Shown: piece by piece, positions 1 through 7,392 of the stretch
Position numbering within the stretch: position 1 is the first letter of the stretch
How the letters are laid out: every line of letters begins with the position of its first letter
Virus record (IMG/VR): IMGVR_UViG_3300037010_002253
Coordinates: 1-64,000 of that record
Reading direction: 5' to 3' (one strand)
Length of the DNA: 64,000 bases
From: a virus
Position numbers and translations under genes: made by a program
Notes under the pieces: generated by a model
Seen by the model: the letters and a program-made list of their open reading frames with translations, nothing else
What the model was told of the DNA's origin: nothing
Database searches by the model: none

Positions 1-1149
1 CGCCGGGTTGCGCTCCCTGAACCACAGCGGGTCCGTGTGGTACGCAAGCCACGACTCCGCGAAGAACTCATGTGGGTCCTTCGCAGCGTACTTGGAGATG
101 AGGCCCGTCTTCTTGTAGAGAGACTCTCTCACTTCTGGCGACTCGTACCCAGGGTGTCCCGAGACAGCCTGGGTCGCCATCCTGTGCTTCTCGTGTTCCT
201 CTTCGATCCTACGAAGCAAGTCTTTCGTCTTCTCATCGGAAGCGTCCTTGTGCTTCATCCCGAGAAGTGTGAAGTGAACGTGGTGTCCGTACTCGTGGAT
301 GAGCGTGTGTGCGTCGAGGATGTCGCCGTTCGTCGCGCTGTCAGGCAGAAACTGCGTGGCTACTCTGTACGAAAATAGAGTAACCCCATCTCCAGGTACG
401 TGGTTAGACGGCGGCGGCACCCAGGAATCCGCGGGTGCTTTGGTGACGAATACCAAGTGTTTCCCCGCCGATGCGGCTTCGATCTTAGCGCTCTCCGCTT
501 CTGTCCGATCATAAGAGTTAGGCGTCGGTTGGGGCCCTCGCCCACTCTTCTCGAAAGCAAGAGCACTGTCTAGTCGATGCCCGAGGATACTGGGGGTGAG
601 GTACTGGCCACCCAGTCCGTTGAGGTCGCGCGTTGCGATGATCTCAACTGGATGCTTTTGCGCGAACTCACCGAGTCGCATCGCGCGCGCTGCCGCCTCG
701 TAGACACCGTGGTCCAGCTTCTCGCTCGCGACGATGGGCGCAGAGTTGAACGTCTGGGGGATGATCACCTCCCCCTGGCGCTTGGTCTCTTGGGACATCA
801 GCACCGCGGTATGCTGGCCCACCATGTCCCTCGGCTGGCGAGAGGTCGTCAGCTTCTTCTCGACTTTTGGTTCGAGCGCCTTCTCGATCCGCTTCACCGC
901 CTCGGCCCTCGCGGTCTCTGGGAGGGAAGGCGACTTCTTCGCTTCGGGGGTGGGCGGCGCCTTCCTCACCCCTGTCGTTCGCCCACTCTCCACGGATGTT
1001 GGGGTCGCCTTGGAGGGCGAGAGCTTCGCGTGCTCGGTGACGATGTGCGGAACCTCTCCGTAGACCTTGGTCCCCGTCCTGGTGATGTAGAACTTCCCCC
1101 CACGGGGACCGATCTGTTGGCCACCGGCTGCCTCACCTCGCCTCGCCAT
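1..1149 (-). CDS. Zinc metalloprotease (HExxH zincin, lethal-factor/MuF-associated type); runs off the window edge
   Basis: Missing from the ORF track because it has no stop in the window. Hand translation from ATG 1149 (GGAGG upstream) is open to base 1: MARRGEAAGGQQIGPRGGKFY...TLIHEYGHHVH...ISKYAAKDPHEFFAESW. Confidence 0.8.
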   Translation of the reverse strand, partial: MARRGEAAGGQQIGPRGGKFYITRTGTKVYGEVPHIVTEHAKLSPSKATPTSVESGRTTGVRKAPPTPEAKKSPSLPETARAEAVKRIEKALEPKVEKKLTTSRQPRDMVGQHTAVLMSQETKRQGEVIIPQTFNSAPIVASEKLDHGVYEAAARAMRLGEFAQKHPVEIIATRDLNGLGGQYLTPSILGHRLDSALAFEKSGRGPQPTPNSYDRTEAESAKIEAASAGKHLVFVTKAPADSWVPPPSNHVPGDGVTLFSYRVATQFLPDSATNGDILDAHTLIHEYGHHVHFTLLGMKHKDASDEKTKDLLRRIEEEHEKHRMATQAVSGHPGYESPEVRESLYKKTGLISKYAAKDPHEFFAESWLAYHTDPLWFRERNPA

Positions 1150-1161
1150 CGCCGACCTCCG

Positions 1162-1557
1162 CTACTTGCGCTGCTTCTTGGGGCGCGCGGTCTTCGCCCG
1201 CCCGCTGCGCGCACGATAGTAGCTCGGGTAGTCCTTCGGGGACATTTTCCCGCTAAGCACGTCCAGGGTCGTTTGGCAAAAATCGCGCAACGCCTCTTCG
1301 CACCGCGGGGAGCAGCAGATCGCGACCTGGTCGACCCTCAACTTGAGGTTGCAGCCGTAGTTCCGACACCGCATCGGGATCCCGTCTGCGGTCGTCATCG
1401 CGTAATAAGTACGCTTTCCTTGTGCGTCGACCTTCTTGGGTCGTCCGCGGCCTCTCTTCGGGACGATGACCCGCGCACCGGGTGCGATCTCGATCTTCGG
1501 CCTCTTCCCAGCCGCCGCCGCTCGAGCCACTTCGTCCCAAAGAGAGTTGTTCGCCAC
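1162..1557 (-). CDS. Basic putative DNA-binding protein with AT-hook-like motif and Cys cluster
   Basis: KRGRGRPKK; CRNYGC...CCSPRC; fits the minus-strand gene chain. Confidence 0.6.
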   Translation of the reverse strand: MANNSLWDEVARAAAAGKRPKIEIAPGARVIVPKRGRGRPKKVDAQGKRTYYAMTTADGIPMRCRNYGCNLKLRVDQVAICCSPRCEEALRDFCQTTLDVLSGKMSPKDYPSYYRARSGRAKTARPKKQRK

Positions 1558-1570
1558 GTCCGATGCCCTC

Positions 1571-1960
1571 CTAGTTGATGATCCGGAGGTGGGAACCCTT
1601 GGGCTTCGTCACCCGCGCCCCTTCGACCGCCGGCCCCCCGTCCTCGCCACGCACCATCGCCACGATCTTCGCGCACAGCTCCCGCTCCTCCTTCCCGAGG
1701 TCGAGGCTGTGCGCGAGGAAGTCGGCGAAGGAAATCCAGACGCGGAAGAGAACGCGACTGCTCAACGCCTCCCCCGTCTCGCCGTCGCTCGTGGCCATGC
1801 TCACGGACATGCCACCGTCCTCCTCGTGACGGACGCTCGCGATGGCGACCATGTCCGCCGCCTGGTGACCGAACCTCATGGCCTCCTCCTCCGTGAGGGG
1901 GGACGCCTGGTGCCGGCGCACGGTCCAGGAGAGAGGGAACTTGCGCCCCACGGTCAGCAC
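1571..1960 (-). CDS. Hypothetical protein
   Basis: 129-aa ORF overlapping the upstream stop; globular composition. Confidence 0.65.
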   Translation of the reverse strand: MLTVGRKFPLSWTVRRHQASPLTEEEAMRFGHQAADMVAIASVRHEEDGGMSVSMATSDGETGEALSSRVLFRVWISFADFLAHSLDLGKEERELCAKIVAMVRGEDGGPAVEGARVTKPKGSHLRIIN

Positions 1961-2385
1961 GCCTTCCCGCCGTGCCTGTATGGTCTCGTCTCGTTGAACA
2001 GCATCTTCTCCTCGATGTCCTTCTGGAGGTCGATGCCGTGTCGCTCCGCGAGGTCCATCACGCGGATGACGATGTCGGCGAGCTCGCTTCGGAACCCGAG
2101 GGGCTTCATGGGTTTCCCACTCCCGCCCTTCCGGAACTCGAAGACGAGGCCGGTCTTCCCCTTCTGGTACCGCTGGCCGAGGAAGTGGAAGCCGTCGGGG
2201 AGCTTGTCCTTCATCCGATACTCCTCGAGCGCCTCAGAGACCTCTGAGACGATCAGCATCAGTTTCTCGGGGATGGACTTCGTGGAGCCGGCCTCCTCAT
2301 CCGCCCACCACCCGTGCCTCACCGAGGTCACATGGACCCTCTTCTGCATCTCGCGGAAGGTTTCACCGAAAGGAAGGTGGCTCAC
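1954..2385 (-). CDS. MazG-like nucleotide pyrophosphohydrolase
   Basis: LIVSEVSEALEE...SELADIVIRVMDLA...EEKMLFNETRPYRHG; GTG start in a GTGA overlap at 2382-2385. Confidence 0.8.
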   Translation of the reverse strand: MSHLPFGETFREMQKRVHVTSVRHGWWADEEAGSTKSIPEKLMLIVSEVSEALEEYRMKDKLPDGFHFLGQRYQKGKTGLVFEFRKGGSGKPMKPLGFRSELADIVIRVMDLAERHGIDLQKDIEEKMLFNETRPYRHGGKAC

Positions 2386-2696
2386 TCCTCTTCCTCCTTG
2401 GCCTCGACGCCCATCACGACACCACGGATCGCGTAGCCGGCCTTGTCCTTCCACGGGTCCTCGCCGAAGGCGTCCTTGTCCGTGGCGATCCGCACCGACT
2501 TGTCGAAGTCGCGCACGAGGAGGCCGACGTCACCGTACCGCTCGACAGGGATCCCATCGGGGAACAGCAGCTCGAGGTACGCCGCCGTCTTCCCCGTGCT
2601 GTCCCCGTACGCCTCGTTCTTCTCCGTCACGAGCACGCCGATCTCCTCGGCCACCTTCTCGAACGGGCTCTGCTCCACCTTGGTCGTCTTCGCCAT
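2382..2696 (-). CDS. DUF1599/Nmad1-like nucleotide-modification-associated alpha-helical protein
   Basis: KNEAYGDS...RDFDKSVRI...EDPWKDKAGYA pattern. Confidence 0.65.
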   Translation of the reverse strand: MAKTTKVEQSPFEKVAEEIGVLVTEKNEAYGDSTGKTAAYLELLFPDGIPVERYGDVGLLVRDFDKSVRIATDKDAFGEDPWKDKAGYAIRGVVMGVEAKEEEE

Positions 2697-2717
2697 CTGC
2701 TAGTCCTCCGACTTCTT

Positions 2718-2910
2718 TCACTTCGGTTGCTTGTAAGAGACGCACCGGATCGTCCCACGGTCCGCATCCGGTCCGAAGATCATTAGCATGGAAGGGAACG
2801 TCGCGCCTTGCTGCGCCCCCCAGGAACTTGATTCTCCCGCCGCGCCAGCGAAGTGGTGGAACCACTTCATACCCGCGCGCGCCAGGTTCTTGATGATGAG
2901 CACGATCAGT
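2718..2910 (-). pseudogene. Degenerate C-terminal remnant of a phage Dam-type methyltransferase
   Basis: ARAGMKWFHH, then GRIKFLG in a second frame, then GATFPSMLMIFGP; resembles the phage Dam C-terminus but is broken by a deletion and a G6 run. Confidence 0.5.
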
Positions 2911-3409
2911 TCTTGTAGATGACCGCCCCATGAACGGGGCGGAGGATGGTCCGGAAGGTCGTGGTCGTGAGGTCCTTCGGCTCCTTCCAAGGACCGAGCT
3001 TCACATCTTCGTCACCGTCGAGCCCGAGAACCTGCGCGAACCACACCCGAGGGTGCTGAGTATCGCGGTGCTCAAGAACGAGAGAGAGGAGGGGGTACTT
3101 CTCACCGATGCGCGTGTGACCCATCGAGATGACAGCGACCGCGTCGAGATCCGCGGCGAGGGTACGCAAAGCGTTGGCGAACGCTTCGTCCCCCTCCTGA
3201 CGCTCCGCCATCGCGTCCTTGAGCGGGGTCATGTCGATGACCTGAGGAGAAGCGTACCGCTCTCCTTTCGCGTCCTTGCGGATGACCATGTGGATGTACG
3301 ACTCGAAGACCCCCTCGTCGATGTCAGACGTGGCTTCGCGCATCATCTCCTCACACAGCTCCTCGACGTCCCGCAGGCTTCCATCCATCCGCCCACGGTA
3401 CCGCTGCAT
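2906..3409 (-). CDS. Hypothetical protein
   Basis: Globular-looking ORF; start placed downstream of the palindrome (ATG 3409 or 3388). Confidence 0.65.
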   Translation of the reverse strand: MQRYRGRMDGSLRDVEELCEEMMREATSDIDEGVFESYIHMVIRKDAKGERYASPQVIDMTPLKDAMAERQEGDEAFANALRTLAADLDAVAVISMGHTRIGEKYPLLSLVLEHRDTQHPRVWFAQVLGLDGDEDVKLGPWKEPKDLTTTTFRTILRPVHGAVIYKN

Positions 3410-3452
3410 CACCCTCGAAGTCACCGGGATTGTGTTATGCATCGCCAAGCTC

Positions 3453-3522
3453 CTCGCGCGCGTCAGAGTCTCAGATCCGGATCCGGATCCGGAGAGATCA
3501 GACGCGCGTGCGTACGCGCGAG
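3453..3522. repeat. Imperfect ~70-bp palindrome with central (TCCGGA)n, copy A
   Basis: ctcgcgcgcgtcagagtctcagatccggatccggatccggagagatcagacgcgcgtgcgtacgcgcgag; related to 40421-40492. Confidence 0.85.
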
Positions 3523-3747
3523 CAATCCCTCCCACTCACTTTCCGCAACCTTAGTCGGTCGGGACGCAAAAAGGAAGAGGTAAAGAAAGCGGCCTTGTAC
3601 TTTTCTCGGGAGATGGTGTACGGGTTTGCTTACCACTTCCGGGATGGCTGCCAGCGGTTATCACACCCCCCACCCGAGGGGACGCGCTGGACGGTTCGCC
3701 ACCCCGGAGAGGGTTTTCTTTGGTCGATTGCTCCGCCGGGAAGGGGT

Positions 3748-3987
3748 CTAGGCGACGTCTTCCGACGATGGATGGACGATGACCGCCCTCGCCTTCGCGG
3801 ACGCCTCCAGCTCCGCATCGGTGACGCCGATGGAATGCAAAGCGCGGTAGTACGCTTGTCGGCTGACGCCGAACTCCCTCGCCATCCACGACACGCTTAC
3901 GCCGTGGGGGCGGCTGAGTTTGAGAGCCACCATCTTCGCTACGCGCGGATGGGTATCCATCAGCTTGAGAAACTGATCGTTTGTCAT
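3748..3987 (-). CDS. Small helix-turn-helix protein
   Basis: VSVSWMAREFGVSRQAYYRAL. Confidence 0.7.
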   Translation of the reverse strand: MTNDQFLKLMDTHPRVAKMVALKLSRPHGVSVSWMAREFGVSRQAYYRALHSIGVTDAELEASAKARAVIVHPSSEDVA

Positions 3988-4472
3988 CGTTCCTTGTCCA
4001 TTCCTTTCTCGTCCAGCTCGTGTCCGTCCAGGTACCAGACCAGCGCCGGGTACCGCCTCGCCATCGACCTCGTCAAGCCCCGGCCGCCTCTACTCGCCGA
4101 CGCGACGCTGACTTCCCGGACCTCCGGGTGTCGCCTCAGGGCGACCCTCCAGAGGCGCAGCGCGACCCCTTTCCCGCGCTGGGAATGGTCGACCCACGTC
4201 CCCGCCGCGTACAGGACGGGGACCAGGCTGGTGCGGTCGACGTTGAAGCGGAACGCTCCGACGATCTCCTTCCCCACGTAGGCCACCGTCGCTCCGTCTG
4301 TCGGAGTGTCCCCCGCCCCACAAGCGTCGAGGAAGTAACGCAAGAAGGCGGGGATGGTCTTGTCGTACGCGCTGCGCAGCTCGTCGTGAAGATCACGACG
4401 CGCGCAGGTGACGAGGTGGCCGGGCTCGTATCTGACTCGGACCACTTTGTCGGGGAAAGCCTGCTCAGTCAC
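3984..4472 (-). CDS. GNAT-family acetyltransferase
   Basis: TWVDHSQRGKGVALRLW acetyl-CoA motif A; GTG start with AAGGAGG upstream. Confidence 0.75.
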   Translation of the reverse strand: MTEQAFPDKVVRVRYEPGHLVTCARRDLHDELRSAYDKTIPAFLRYFLDACGAGDTPTDGATVAYVGKEIVGAFRFNVDRTSLVPVLYAAGTWVDHSQRGKGVALRLWRVALRRHPEVREVSVASASRGGRGLTRSMARRYPALVWYLDGHELDEKGMDKER

Positions 4473-4681
4473 AGACCGACGACCTCCTTGAGGCGCAGAC
4501 CCGCGCCCTCGAACGCGCCCATGGTCCAGGCCGTCGTGAGGATGTACCGGAGGCGGTACTCGCTGACGCCCTCCTTCGAGAACCGCTTCGTCAGCGCCGG
4601 CAGACGGTAGACGGCAAACGGTCGCCACCGCATCCGGCGTGTCGGTGATGGGGGTCTCGGTGATGTTCTGGGTAGCGAGGT

Positions 4682-4942
4682 TCATGTCGTTTCCTTGTGG
4701 GCGAGCTTCTCGTTGAGATCGTCGATGATCATGTCCATCTCCAGGATGTCCTTGGCCGTCCACGACTCGTGGGGGTCGAAGCGGCACGTCTCGAGGATGT
4801 CCAGCGCCGCCTTGATGACGGCGAGGTCCAGGTACTCAACACCGGCGAGGTAGTAGGACCCAACCACGTAGATCGGATCCCCCATCGACGAGTGCCAGCG
4901 CTGCATCGCCTCGCCAAGGTCTCGTAGGGTCTCGAAGTGCAT
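4682..4942 (-). CDS. Hypothetical protein
   Basis: ATG 4942 with AGGAG RBS; 86 aa. Confidence 0.6.
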   Translation of the reverse strand: MHFETLRDLGEAMQRWHSSMGDPIYVVGSYYLAGVEYLDLAVIKAALDILETCRFDPHESWTAKDILEMDMIIDDLNEKLAHKETT

Positions 4943-5023
4943 TGTTTCTCCTCTCCACGACGTCGGTCGCATGGCGAAGGTGTTCACCGCCACGCGTGAA
5001 CACCTCCAACTTGGTAGCCGTCC

Positions 5024-5488
5024 TCAGTCTTCCATCATCCCGAGGTCCATCATCGACGCGTACTTCTCCCAGCCGGCGATGATGACGTGGTCAACCAGGG
5101 GGACCCCGACCGCCTCTGCGGCCTTCACGACCGTCTTCGTCATTCGGACGTCCTCCACCGATGGCGACGGGTCGCCCGACGGGTGGTTGTGGACGAGCAC
5201 GAACGCCGATGCGTGCGCCATCAGGACGACCCGCAAGATGTCCCCCGCCGAGACCGCGCACCCGTGCAACCCCCCGCGCGAGACCTCGTGGCAGTACGTC
5301 GCCTGGTTCCGCCCGTTCAAGCAGACGATGTACATCCGCTCGACCCCCTCCGACAGCGCCCGCTCCCGGAGCAGCTCGTGAACATCCCGTGAGGTCCGGG
5401 TGTACCCGGCCACCGACTTCTCGTACTCCGACGGCTTCTCCTTCACGATGAGGATCCACCCAGCGAAAGCGTTCTTTTTCGTCGTCAC
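5024..5488 (-). CDS. RadC-like JAB/MPN domain protein
   Basis: E...HNHPSGDPSPSVED...LVDHVII; GTG start after the last AGGGAG of the tandem repeat. Confidence 0.9.
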   Translation of the reverse strand: MTTKKNAFAGWILIVKEKPSEYEKSVAGYTRTSRDVHELLRERALSEGVERMYIVCLNGRNQATYCHEVSRGGLHGCAVSAGDILRVVLMAHASAFVLVHNHPSGDPSPSVEDVRMTKTVVKAAEAVGVPLVDHVIIAGWEKYASMMDLGMMED

Positions 5489-5568
5489 TTGTCTCACTCC
5501 CTATTGTCTCGCTCCCTATTGTCTCGCTCCCTATTGTCTCACTCCCTATTGTCTCACTCCCTATTGTC
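5489..5568. repeat. Tandem repeat of 15 bp, 5.3 copies (TTGTCTCRCTCCCTA)
   Basis: Five contiguous units plus ttgtc; on the minus strand each unit contains AGGGAG. Confidence 0.95.
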
Positions 5569-5850
5569 GAAACCTGATCCGCCGTGTGTCTTGTCCGCGC
5601 CGGGTCCGTACCATCGGTCATGACTAGACGTCGTGAAACCGCGGACGCGCCTCTCCGGTTCCCGTGGGACGAACCTCAATCCGATCTTCGCCAACAACGC
5701 CCGCAACTCCCGCACGGGGACGTGTGTGTGTTCGTTCAGACAGAGGAGTTCCGCTGTCGTGAACGTCAGGTCGTCGTCGTCCAGTTTGTAGGTCACGAAG
5801 GAAACAACGGAAGTCATTTCCGGTGGTGCAGCGGGTCGCTTCTTCTTCAT
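5554..5850 (-). CDS. Hypothetical protein
   Basis: 98-aa ORF directly downstream of a sigma70-like promoter; GAGGG RBS. Confidence 0.65.
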   Translation of the reverse strand: MKKKRPAAPPEMTSVVSFVTYKLDDDDLTFTTAELLCLNEHTHVPVRELRALLAKIGLRFVPREPERRVRGFTTSSHDRWYGPGADKTHGGSGFDNRE

Positions 5851-5876
5851 CCCGTGTCCCTCACTCTGTACTAGAC

Positions 5877-5905
5877 AGAATACTACGTCGGGTGGGGATG
5901 GTCAA
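5877..5905 (-). promoter_or_regulatory. Sigma70-type promoter
   Basis: TTGACC-N17-TATTCT on the minus strand, 26 nt before ATG 5850. Confidence 0.75.
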
Positions 5906-6071
5906 GTGAATCGGAACACTTCCCGTCGTTTCCTCCCCTCCATCGAGTACGGTCCGCCCCCGCTGTGTCCGAGGACCCAAACCCCATTGTCAAACCGTCC
6001 GCCTCGCCCCCTGATGGATACCAGGAAACCAGACCGCCTGCTTCGCGCACGATGGCCGACAGACCCCTCCC

Positions 6072-6162
6072 AAGTTCATGTGCGGAACATTTTTCAACGG
6101 CCGCCAGACTGTTACTAAGCTCATGTGCGGAACATTTTTCAACGGCCGCCAGACTGTTACTA
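6072..6162. repeat. Tandem direct repeat, 2 x 45 bp
   Basis: aagYtcatgtgcggaacatttttcaacggccgccagactgttact twice with 1 mismatch; intergenic. Confidence 0.9.
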
Positions 6163-6374
6163 CCCCCATCTGCTCACGCAGGAACGAGCCTAACCCCCTG
6201 GGGGTCCCCCCCGGGGGGTCTCGTCGGGCTCGCGCCACCAGCGCGTCGCGGGAGACGTTCGTGGGTCGCCGCCGTCCGCAGCACGGTCTCGGGGTGCTTG
6301 TGGATGTTCGCCGCTTTTGACTCCTGTTGCTTGTCGACTTCGTCGTGTGCAGCAATGTCCTCCGTTTCGTTTCC

Positions 6375-6821
6375 TCACTTGGGGTGGGGCACCTCCTCCT
6401 GGGGGTAGTACCGGGCCGGGTAGTCCTCCACGACCACGGTGTACCCAGACCGGCGCGCCACCCTGGCCTCCTCCCAGGGGATGTAGCCAGTGTCCTCCGC
6501 CCACTTCGCCCAGCGGGCCTTCTCCGCCTCGATCGCCGCGTCATCGGTGTCGATGACGGGGATGCTCGCGATGGGGCTTCTACTCTCCCACCACCATCCG
6601 CCCCCCTCGGGGCCACCCCAGTTCTGGGCGCAGGAGTAGACGTTGATGTATTGGATCAGCTCCTCGACGTCGTGGACCCGAACGGTCTCGCAGAGCTTCT
6701 CGCTCACGAACTCGCTCGTGACCTCTTCCCAGCTATTCGCCGAGACCTCGGTCACGGAGAGCGAGTCGCTCTCCCCCGAGATCGTCTGCGACGACAAATA
6801 CGCCACCTCGAATCGCTTCAT
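6375..6821 (-). CDS. Hypothetical acidic protein
   Basis: ATG 6821 preceded by GGAGGAC; GGPEGGGWWW motif. Confidence 0.7.
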   Translation of the reverse strand: MKRFEVAYLSSQTISGESDSLSVTEVSANSWEEVTSEFVSEKLCETVRVHDVEELIQYINVYSCAQNWGGPEGGGWWWESRSPIASIPVIDTDDAAIEAEKARWAKWAEDTGYIPWEEARVARRSGYTVVVEDYPARYYPQEEVPHPK

Positions 6822-6893
6822 AGCAACGTCCTCCGCTTCCGCGCCCACTTGCGCGTCGCTACCCACCACGATGTCGTGATGGGCAGCAGCTCG

Positions 6894-7157
6894 CTAGTGA
6901 ACCATCGCGCTATGTTCCGCCCACTTGGCCGCCTCGCTCTCGACCTTGTCGTCCCTGTGCGCGTTGAACACCCTCACTTCGCGGTAGAGGCCCCGCTTCC
7001 GCAGACGCCGCGCCGTGCGGCTCGCGACGTCCTGGGTCGCGTAGGAGCCCCAGGGTCGAAACCCGAGGTGCTCGAGACCTGGGAGGATGACTCCCACGAT
7101 GAACGGCCTCTTCCCTTCCGCGGGCTTGCGACCCGAGGAACTTTTGGTCAATCCCAC
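6894..7157 (-). CDS. Hypothetical protein
   Basis: 87-aa ORF in the gene chain. Confidence 0.5.
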   Translation of the reverse strand: MGLTKSSSGRKPAEGKRPFIVGVILPGLEHLGFRPWGSYATQDVASRTARRLRKRGLYREVRVFNAHRDDKVESEAAKWAEHSAMVH

Positions 7158-7327
7158 TGCTTCACCGCGCCTTTCATGGCAGCCTCGACGAACAGGTCCT
7201 CATTGAACCGGGGGCTATCCGCCTCGAAGAACGCCACGAACACCCTGACGACGAGCATCTTGTCCGCGTACGACGCCTTCGTTCGCTGCAAGAGATTCGC
7301 CGCCGCTACGTAATCCTTCTTGGTCAT
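7148..7327 (-). CDS. Small phage protein, 59 aa (MTKKDYVAAA...DSPRFNEDLFVEA)
   Basis: Below the ORF-track cutoff; strong GGAGGAGG RBS; hand translated. Confidence 0.7.
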   Translation of the reverse strand: MTKKDYVAAANLLQRTKASYADKMLVVRVFVAFFEADSPRFNEDLFVEAAMKGAVKQWD

Positions 7328-7351
7328 TTGCTTGTCCTCCTCCGATTGACT

Positions 7352-7387
7352 TCAACGAAGAACATTGCAGGCACGTCCACCGCCAGG
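7352..7387. repeat. 3' arm of a 36-bp long-range inverted repeat (partner 8772-8807)
   Basis: 30/36 match to the reverse complement of 8772-8807. Confidence 0.85.
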
Positions 7388-7392
7388 AGTCG

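Noticed and set aside
4469-4685. Possible frameshifted small gene upstream of the GNAT, with a short duplication (accgtttgccg/accgtctgccg)
   Set aside because: Cannot distinguish a GNAT N-terminal extension, a separate ~55-aa ORF or a frameshift without homologues.
5091-5621. ORF with ETIGS pentapeptide repeats
   Set aside because: A by-product of the 15-bp DNA repeat; the rest overlaps the RadC gene out of frame and looks non-coding.
5489-6162. Possible CRISPR mini-arrays (15-bp and 45-bp repeats), given a Cas4-like gene in the window
   Set aside because: The repeats are contiguous with no spacers, and the Cas4-like gene sits in a recombination module with no other cas genes.
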